64,000 nucleotides of DNA, taken from assembly GCA_964016885.1 (NCBI GenBank), contig OZ024740.1:34224001-34288000 (forward strand), read 5' to 3'. Below, piece by piece: positions 53,901 through 63,350 of the stretch (position 1 is its first letter; the number at the start of each line of letters is the position of its first letter). Position numbers and translations under genes: made by a program. Origin of the DNA: Eledone cirrhosa (Eukaryota). The notes under the pieces are model-generated. The model searched no databases. It was not told where the DNA came from and saw only the letters and a list, made by a program, of their open reading frames with translations.

Positions 53901-56900
53901 TTTTGTCAAGTGTAGACCCCATCTCCTAGAACCTCAAGAAACTTCATTTTTGTCAAGTGTAGCCCCCCACCCCTACAACCTCAAGAAACTTCATTTCTGT
54001 CAAGTGTAGCTCCCAAATCCTAGAACCTCAAGAAACTTCATTTTTGTCAAGTGTAGCCCCCGACTCCTAGAACCTCAAGAATCTTCATTTCTGTCAAGTG
54101 TAGCCCACCGACTCCTAGAACCTCAAGAAACTTCATTTTTATCAAGTGTAGCCACCAACTCCTAGAACCCCAAGAAAGTTCATTTTTGTATAGTGTAGCA
54201 ACCCCCCCCGACTCCTAGAACCTTAAGAAACTTCATTTTTGTCAAGTGTAGCCCCAATTCCTAGAACCTCAAGAAACTTCATTTTTGTCAAGTGTTGCAC
54301 CCAACCCCTAGAACTTCAAAAAACTTCATTTTTGTCAAGTGTAGCCTCCTCGGCTCCTAGAACCTCAAGAAGCTTCATTTTTGACAAGTGTAGCCCCCCC
54401 AACTTCTAGAACTTCAAGAAACATCATTTTTGTCAAGTGTAGCCCTCCAACTCCTATAACCTCAAGAAACTTCATTTTTTTCAAGTGTAGCCCCCAACTC
54501 CTAGAACCTCAAGAAACTTCACTTTTGTCAAGTGTAGCCCCCCAACTCCTAGAACCTCAAGAAACTTCACCTTTGTCAAGTGTAGCTCCCAACTCCTAGA
54601 ACCTAAAGAAACTTCATTTTTGTCAAGTGTAGCTCCCCGACTCCTAGAACCTCAAGAAACTTCATTTTTGTCAAGTGTAGCCCCCCAACTCCTAGAACCT
54701 CAAGAAACTTCATTTTTGTCAAGTGTAGACCCCCATCTCCTAGAACCTCAAGAAACTTCATTTTTGTCAAGTGTAGCCCGCACCCCTACAACCTCAAGAA
54801 ACTTCATTTCTGTCAAGTGTAGCTCCCAAATCCTAGAACCTCAAGAAACTTCATTTTTGTCAAGTGTAGCCCCCAAATCGTAGAACCTCAAGAAACTTCA
54901 TTTTTGTCAAGTGTAGCCCCCGACTCCTAGAACCTCAAGAATCTTCATTTTTGTCAAGTGTAGCCCACCGACTCCTAGAACCTCAAGAAACTTCATTTTT
55001 GTCAAGTGTAGCCACCAACTCCTAGAACCCCAAGAAAGTTCATTTTTGTATAGTGTAGCAACACCCCCCGACTCCTAGAACCTCAAGAAACTTCATTTTT
55101 GTCAAGTGTAGCCCCAATTCCTAGAACCTCAAGAAACTTCATTTTTGTCAAGTGTAGCACCCAACCCCTAGAACCTCAAAAAACTTCATTTTTGTCAAGT
55201 GTAGCCTCCTCGGCTCCTAGAACCTCAAGAAGCTTCATTTTTGGCAAGTGTAGGCCCCAACTCCTAGAACCTCAAGAAACTTCACTTTTGTCAAGTGTAG
55301 CCCCCAACTCCTAGAACCTCAAGAAACATCATTTTTGTCAAGTGTAGCCCTCCAGCTCCTATAACCTCAAGAAACTTCATTTTTGTCAAGTGTAGCCCCC
55401 CAACTCCTAGAACCTCAAGAAACATCATTTTTGTCAAGTGTAGCCCTCCAACTCCTATAACCTCAAGAAACTTCATTTTTCTCAAGTGTAGCCCCCAACT
55501 CCTAGAACCTCAAGAAACTTCACTTTTGTCAAGTGTAGCCCCCCAACTCCTAGAACCTCAAGAAACTTCATCTTTGTCAAGTGTAGCTCCCAACTCCTAG
55601 AACCTAAAGAAACTTCATTTTTGTCAAGTGTAGCTCCCCGACTCCTAGAACCTCAAGAAACTTCATTTTTGGCAAGTGTAGGCCCCAACTCCTAGAACCT
55701 CAAGAAACTTCACTTTTGTCAAGTGTAGCCCCCAACTCCTAGAACCTCAAGAAACTTCATTTTTGGCAAGTGTAGCCCCAACTCCTAGAACCTCAAGAAA
55801 CTTCATTTTTGTCAAGTGTAGCCCCATCTCCTAGAACCTCAAGAAACTTCATTTTTGTCAAGTGTAGCCCGCACCCCTACAACCTCAAGAAACTTCATTT
55901 CTGTCAAGTGTAGCTCCCAAATCCTAGAACCTCAAGAAACTTCATTTTTGTCAAGTGTAGCCCCCAAATCGTACAACCTCAAGAAACTTCATTTTTGTCA
56001 AGTGTAGCCCCCGACTCCTAGAACCTCAAGAATCTTCATTTTTGTCTCGTGTAGCCCACCGACTCCTAGAACCTCAAGAAACTTCATTTTTGTCAAGTGT
56101 AGCCACCAACTCCTAGAACCCCAAGAAAGTTCATTTTTGTATAGTGTAGCAACACCCCCCGACTCCTAGAACCTCAAGAAACTTCATTTTTGTCAAGTGT
56201 AGCCCCAATTCCTAGAACCTCAAGAAACTTCATTTTTGTCAAGTGTAGCACCCAACCCCTAGAACCTCAAAAAACTTCATTTTTGTCAAGTGTAGCCTCC
56301 TCGGCTCCTAGAACCTCAAGAAGCTTCATTTTTGTCAAGTGTAGCCCCCCAACTCCTAGAACCTCAAGAAACATCATTTTTGTCAAGTGTAGCCCTCCAA
56401 CTCCTATAACCTCAAGAAACTTCATTTTTCTCAAGTGTAGCCCCCAACTCCTAGAACCTCAAGAAACTTCACTTTTGTCAAGTGTAGCCCCCCAACTCCT
56501 AGAACCTCAAGAAACTTCACCTTTGTCAAGTGTAGCTCTCAACTCCTAGAACCTAAAGAAACTTCATTTTTGTCAAGTGTAGCTCCCCGACTCCTAGAAC
56601 CTCAAGAAACTTCATTTTTGGCAAGTGTAGGCCCCAACTCCTAGAACCTCAAGAAACTTCACTTTTGTCAAGTGTAGCCCCCAACTCCTAGAACCTCAAG
56701 AAACTTCATTTTTGGCAAGTGTAGCCCCATCTCCTAGAACCTCAAGAAACTTCATTTTTGTCAAGTGTAGCACCCAACCCCTAGAACTTCAAAAAACTTC
56801 ATTTTTGTCAAGTGTAGCCTCCTCGGCTCCTAGAACCTCAAGAAGCTTCATTTTTGTCAAGTGTAACCCCCCCAACTTCTAGAACTTCAAGAAACATCAT

Positions 56901-57620
56901 TTTTGTCAAGTGTAGCCCTCCAACTCCTATAACCTCAAGAAACTTCATTTTTTTCAAGTGTAGCCCCCAACTCCTAGAACCTCAAGAAACTTCACTTTTG
57001 TCAAGTGTAGCCCCCCAACTCCTAGAACCTCAAGAAACTTCACCTTTGTCAAGTGTAGCTCCCAACTCCTAGAACCTAAAGAAACTTCATTTTTGTCAAG
57101 TGTAGCTCCCCGACTCCTAGAACCTCAAGAAACTTCATTTTTGTCAAGTGTAGCCCCCCAACTCCTAGAACCTCAAGAAACTTCATTTTTGTCAAGTGTA
57201 GACCCCCATCTCCTAGAACCTCAAGAAACTTCATTTTTGTCAAGTGTAGCCCGCACCCCTACAACCTCAAGAAACTTCATTTCTGTCAAGTGTAGCTCCC
57301 AAATCCTAGAACCTCAAGAAACTTCATTTTTGTCAAGTGTAGCCCCCAAATCGTAGAACCTCAAGAAACTTCATTTTTGTCAAGTGTAGCCCCCGACTCC
57401 TAGAACCTCAAGAATCTTCATTTTTGTCAAGTGTAGCCCACCGACTCCTAGAACCTCAAGAAACTTCATTTTTGTCAAGTGTAGCCACCAACTCCTAGAA
57501 CCCCAAGAAAGTTCATTTTTGTATAGTGTAGCAACACCCCCCGACTCCTAGAACCTCAAGAAACTTCATTTTTGTCAAGTGTAGCCCCAATTCCTAGAAC
57601 CTCAAGAAACTTCATTTTTG
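50950..57620 (+). repeat. ~2.43-2.47-kb higher-order repeat, 2 near-complete copies plus a partial third
   Basis: ORF offsets are 51098->53524 (2426), 51956->54381->56854 (2425, 2473), 52195->54620->57093 and 52674->55099->57572. A private GCAACCCCCCC(C)GACT variant occurs at ~51772 and ~54198. Confidence 0.88.
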
Positions 57621-57709
57621 TCAAGTGTAGCCCCCCAACTCCTAGAACCTCAAGAAACATCATTTTTGTCAAGTGTAGCCCTCCAACTCCTATAACCTCA
57701 AGAAACTTC

Positions 57710-60700
57710 ATTTTTCTCAAGTGTAGCCCCCAACTCCTAGAACCTCAAGAAACTTCACTTTTGTCAAGTGTAGCCCCCCAACTCCTAGAACCTCAAGAAA
57801 CTTCACCTTTGTCAAGTGTAGCTCTCAACTCCTAGAACCTAAAGAAACTTCATTTTTGTCAAGTGTAGCTCCCCGACTCCTAGAACCTCAAGAAACTTCA
57901 TTTTTGGCAAGTGTAGGCCCCAACTCCTAGAACCTCAAGAAACTTCACTTTTGTCAAGTGTAGCCCCCAACTCCTAGAACCTCAAGAAACTTCATTTTTG
58001 GCAAGTGTAGCCCCAACTCCTAGAACCTCAAGAAACTTCATTTTTGTCAAGTGTAGCCCCATCTCCTAGAACCTCAAGAAACTTCATTTTTGTCAAGTGT
58101 AGCACCCAACCCCTAGAACTTCAAAAAACTTCATTTTTGTCAAGTGTAGCCTCCTCGGCTCCTAGAACCTCAAGAAGCTTCATTTTTGTCAAGTGTAGCC
58201 CCCCCAACTCCTAGAACCTCATTTTTGTATAGTGTAGCAACACCCCCCGACTCCTAGAACCTTAAGAAACTTCATTTTTGTCAAGTGTAGCCCCAATTCC
58301 TAGAACCTCAAGAAACTTCATTTTTGTCAAGTGTAGCACCCAACCCCTAGAACTTCAAAAAACTTCATTTTTGTCAAGTGTAGCCTCCTCGGCTCCTAGA
58401 ACCTCAAGAAGCTTCATTTTTGTCAAGTGCAGCCCCCCCAACTCCTAGAACCTCAAGAAACATCATTTTTGTCAAGTGTAGCCCTCCAACTCCTATAACC
58501 TCAAGAAACTTCATTTTTCTCAAGTGTAGCCCCCAACTCCTAGAACCTCAAGAAACTTCACTTTTGTCAAGTGTAGCCCCCAACTCCTAGAACCTCAAGA
58601 AACTTCACTTTTGTCAAGTGTAGCCCGCAACTCCTAGAACCTCAAGAAACTTCATTTTTGGCAAGTGTAGCCCCAACTCCTAGAACCTCAAGAAACTTCA
58701 TTTTTGTCAAGTGTAGCCCCCCAACTCCTAGAACCTCAAGAAACTTCATTTTTGTCAAGTGTAGACCCCCATCTCCTAGAACCTCAAGAAACTTCATTTT
58801 TGTCAAGTGTAGCCCGCACCCCTACAACCTCAAGAAACTTCATTTCTGTCAAGTGTACCTCCCAAATCCTAGAACCTCAAGAAACTTCATTTTTGTCAAG
58901 TGTAGCCCCCGACTCCTAGAACCTCAAGAATCTTCATTTTTGTCAAGTGTAGCCCACCGACTCCTAGAACCTCAAGAAACTTCATTTTTGTCAAGTGTAG
59001 CCACCAACTCCTAGAACCCCAAGAAAGTTCATTTTTGTATAGTGTAGCAACACCCCCCGACTCCTAGAACCTCAAGAAACTTCATTTTTGTCAAGTGTAG
59101 CCCCAATTCCTAGAACCTCAAGAAACTTCATTTTTGTCAAGTGTAGCACCCAACCCCTAGAACCTCAAAAATCTTCATTTTTGTCAAGTGTAGCCTCCTC
59201 GGCTCCTAGAACCTCAAGAAGCTTCATTTTTGTCAAGTGTAGCCCCCCAACTCCTAGAACCTCAAGAAACATCATTTTTGTCAAGTGTAGCCCTCCAACT
59301 CCTATAACCTCAAGAAACTTCATTTTTCTCAAGTGTAGCCCCCAACTCCTAGAACCTCAAGAAACTTCACTTTTGTCAAGTGTAGCCCCCCAACTCCTAG
59401 AACCTCAAGAAACTTCACCTTTGTCAAGTGTAGCTCCCAACTCCTAGAACCTAAAGAAACTTCATTTTTGTCAAGTGTAGCTCCCCGACTCCTAGAACCT
59501 CAAGAAACTTCATTTTTGGCAAGTGTAGGCCCCAACTCCTAGAACCTCAAGAAACTTCACTTTTGTCAAGTGTAGCCCCCAACTCCTAGAACCTCAAGAA
59601 ACTTCATTTTTGGCAAGTGTAGCCCCAACTCCTAGAACCTCAAGAAACTTCATTTTTGTCAAGTGTAGCCCCATCTCCTAGAACCTCAAGAAACTTCATT
59701 TTTGTCAAGTGTAGCCCCCAACTCCTAGAACCTCAAGAAACTTCACTTTTGTCAAGTGTAGCCCCCCAACTCCTAGAACCTCAAGAAACTTCACCTTTGT
59801 CAAGTGTAGCTCCCAACTCCTAGAACCTAAAGAAACTTCATTTTTGTCAAGTGTAGCTCCCCGACTCCTAGAACCTCAAGAAACTTCATTTTTGGCAAGT
59901 GTAGGCCCCAACTCCTAGAACCTCAAGAAACTTCACTTTTGTCAAGTGTAGCCCCCAACTCCTAGAACCTCAAGAAACTTCATTTTTGGCAAGTGTAGCC
60001 CCAACTCCTAGAACCTCAAGAAACTTCATTTTTGTCAAGTGTAGCCCCATCTCCTAGAACCTCAAGAAACTTCATTTTTGTCAAGTGTAGCACCCAACCC
60101 CTAGAACTTCAAAAAACTTCATTTTTGTCAAGTGTAGCCTCCTCGGCTCCTAGAACCTCAAGAAGCTTCATTTTTGTCAAGTGTAGCCCCCCCAACTCCT
60201 AGAACCTCATTTTTGTATAGTGTAGCAACACCCCCCGACTCCTAGAACCTTAAGAAACTTCATTTTTGTCAAGTGTAGCCCCAATTCCTAGAACCTCAAG
60301 AAACTTCATTTTTGTCAAGTGTAGCACCCAACCCCTAGAACTTCAAAAAACTTCATTTTTGTCAAGTGTAGCCTCCTCGGCTCCTAGAACCTCAAGAAGC
60401 TTCATTTTTGTCAAGTGCAGCCCCCCCAACTCCTAGAACCTCAAGAAACATCATTTTTGTCAAGTGTAGCCCTCCAACTCCTATAACCTCAAGAAACTTC
60501 ATTTTTCTCAAGTGTAGCCCCCAACTCCTAGAACCTCAAGAAACTTCACTTTTGTCAAGTGTAGCCCCCCAACTCCTAGAACCTCAAGAAACTTCACTTT
60601 TGTCAAGTGTAGCCCGCAACTCCTAGAACCTCAAGAAACTTCATTTTTGGCAAGTGTAGCCCCAACTCCTAGAACCTCAAGAAACTTCATTTTTGTCAAG

Positions 60701-60965
60701 TGTAGCCCCCCAACTCCTAGAACCTCAAGAAACTTCATTTTTGTCAAGTGTAGACCCCCATCTCCTAGAACCTCAAGAAACTTCATTTTTGTCAAGTGTA
60801 GCCCGCACCCCTACAACCTCAAGAAACTTCATTTCTGTCAAGTGTACCTCCCAAATCCTAGAACCTCAAGAAACTTCATTTTTGTCAAGTGTAGCCCCCG
60901 ACTCCTAGAACCTCAAGAATCTTCATTTTTGTCAAGTGTAGCCCACCGACTCCTAGAACCTCAAG
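57710..60965 (+). repeat. ~1989-bp duplication
   Basis: ORFs at 58658/60647 and 58704/60693 (offset 1989). Shared variants are GTGCAGC (~58427/~60415), GCCCGCAACT (58623/60612) and the 39-bp monomer junction (58220/60208). Confidence 0.9.
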
Positions 60966-62685
60966 AAGCTTCATTTTTGTCAAGTGCAGCCCCCCCAATT
61001 CCTAGAACCTCAAGAAACTTCATTTTTGTCAAGTGTAGCACCCAACCCCTAGAACCTCAAAAAACTTCATTTTTGTCAAGTGTAGCCCCAATTCCTAGAA
61101 CCTCAAGAAACTTCATTTTTGTCAAGTGTACCCCAATTCCTAGAACCTCAAGAAACTTCATTTTTGTCAAGTGTAGCCCCAATTCCTAGAACCTCAAGAA
61201 ACTTCATTTTTGTCAAGTGTAGCACCCAACCCCTAGAACCTCAAAAAACTTCATTTTTGTCAAGTGTAGCCTCCTCGGCTCCTAGAACCCCAAGAAGCTT
61301 CATTTTTGTCAAGTGTAGCCCCCCAACTCCTAGAACCTCAAGAAACATCATTTTTGTCAAGTGTAGCCCTCCAACTCCTATAACCTCAAGAAACTTCATT
61401 TTTCTCAAGTGTAGCCCCCAACTCCTAGAACCTCAAGAAACTTCACTTTTGTCAAGTGTAGCCCCCCAACCCCTAGAACCTCAAGAAACTTCACCTTTGT
61501 CAAGTGTAGCTCCCAACTCCTAGAACCTAAAGAAACTTCATTTTTGTCAAGTGTAGCTCCCCGACTCCTAGAACCTCAAGAAACTTCATTTTTGTCAAGT
61601 GTAGCCCCCCAACTCCTAGAACCTCAAGAAACTTCATTTTTGTCAAGTGTAGACCCCCATCTCCTAGAACCTCAAGAAACTTCATTTTTGTCAAGTGTAG
61701 CCCGCACCCCTACAACCTCAAGAAACTTCATTTCTGTCAAGTGTAGCTCCCAAATCCTAGAACCTCAAGAAACTTCATTTTTGTCAAGTGTAGCCCCCAA
61801 ATTGTAGAACCTCAAGAAACTACATTTTTGTCAAGTGTAGCCCCCGACTCCTAGAACCTCAAGAATCTTCATTTTTGTCAAGTGTAGCCCACCGACTCCT
61901 AGAACCTCAAGAAACTTCATTTTTGTCAAGTGTAGCCACCAACTCCTAGAACCCCAAGAAAGTTCATTTTTGTATAGTGTAGCAACACCCGCCGACTCCT
62001 AGAACCTCAAGAAACTTCATTTTTGTCAAGTGTAGCCCCAATTCCTAGAACCTCAAGAAACTTCATTTTTGTCAAGTGTAGCACCCAACCCCTAGAACCT
62101 CAAGAAACTTCATTTTTGGCAAGTGTAGGCCCCAACTCCTAGAACCTCAAGAAACTTCACTTTTGTCAAGTGTAGCCCCCAAATCCTAGAACCTCAAGAA
62201 ACTTCACCTTTGTCAAGTGTAGCTCCCAACTCCTAGAACCTAAAGAAACTTCATTTTTGTCAAGTGTAGCTCCCAACTCCTAGAACCTAAAGAAACTTCA
62301 TTTTTGTCAAGTGTAGCTCCCCGACTCCTAGAACCTCAAGAAACTTCATTTTTGGCAAGTGTAGGCCCCAACTCCTAGAACCTCAAAAAACTTCATTTTT
62401 GTCAAGTGTAGCCTCCTCGGCTCCTAGAACCTCAAGAAGCTTCATTTTTGTCAAGTGTAGCCCCCCAACTCCTAGAACCTCAAGAAACATCATTTTTGTC
62501 AAGTGTAGCCCTCCAACTCCTATAACCTCAAGAAACTTCATTTTTCTCAAGTGTAGCCCCCAACTCCTAGAACCTCAAGAAACTTCACTTTTGTCAAGTG
62601 TAGCCCCCCAACCCCTAGAACCTCAAGAAACTTCACCTTTGTCAAGTGTAGCTCCCAACTCCTAGAACCTAAAGAAACTTCATTT

Positions 62686-63350
62686 TTGTCAAGTGTAGCT
62701 CCCCGACTCCTAGAACCTCAAGAAACTTCATTTTTGTCAAGTGTAGCCCCCCAACTCCTAGAACCTCAAGAAACTTCATTTTTGTCAAGTGTAGACCCCC
62801 ATCTCCTAGAACCTCAAGAAACTTCATTTTTGTCAAGTGTAGCCCGCACCCCTACAACCTCAAGAAACTTCATTTCTGTCAAGTGTAGCTCCCAAATCCT
62901 AGAACCTCAAGAAACTTCATTTCTGTCAAGTGTAGCTCCCAAATCCTAGAACCTCAAGAAACTTCATTTTTGTCAAGTGTAGCCCCCAAATTGTAGAACC
63001 TCAAGAAACTTCATTTTTGTCAAGTGTAGCTCCCCGACTCCTAGAACCTCAAGAAACTTCATTTTTGTCAAGTGTAGCCCCCCAACTCCTAGAACCTCAA
63101 GAAACTTCATTTTTGTCAAGTGTAGACCCCCATCTCCTAGAACCTCAAGAAACTTCATTTTTGTCAAGTGTAGCCCGCACCCCTACAACCTCAAGAAACT
63201 TCATTTCTGTCAAGTGTAGCTCCCAAATCCTAGAACCTCAAGAAACTTCATTTCTGTCAAGTGTAGCTCCCAAATCCTAGAACCTCAAGAAACTTCATTT
63301 TTGTCAAGTGTAGCCCCCAAATTGTAGAACCTCAAGAAACTTCATTTTTG
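62686..63350 (+). repeat. 331-bp (7-mer) tandem duplication, related to the block at 61544 (offset 1142)
   Basis: An identical 87-aa ORF occurs at 62686/63017. The AAATTGTAG variant is at ~62988 and ~63319. Confidence 0.9.

Noticed and set aside
58-63280. All ORFs in the six-frame track, including 38717..39604 (295 aa), 44549..45190, 27681..28232, 49955..50503 and 60647..61189
   Set aside because: They are translations of the 47-bp repeat. Frames shift whenever a monomer is not 48 bp, most starts are TTG inside the T-tract, and the same three peptides recur in all frames. There is no sign of frame preservation.
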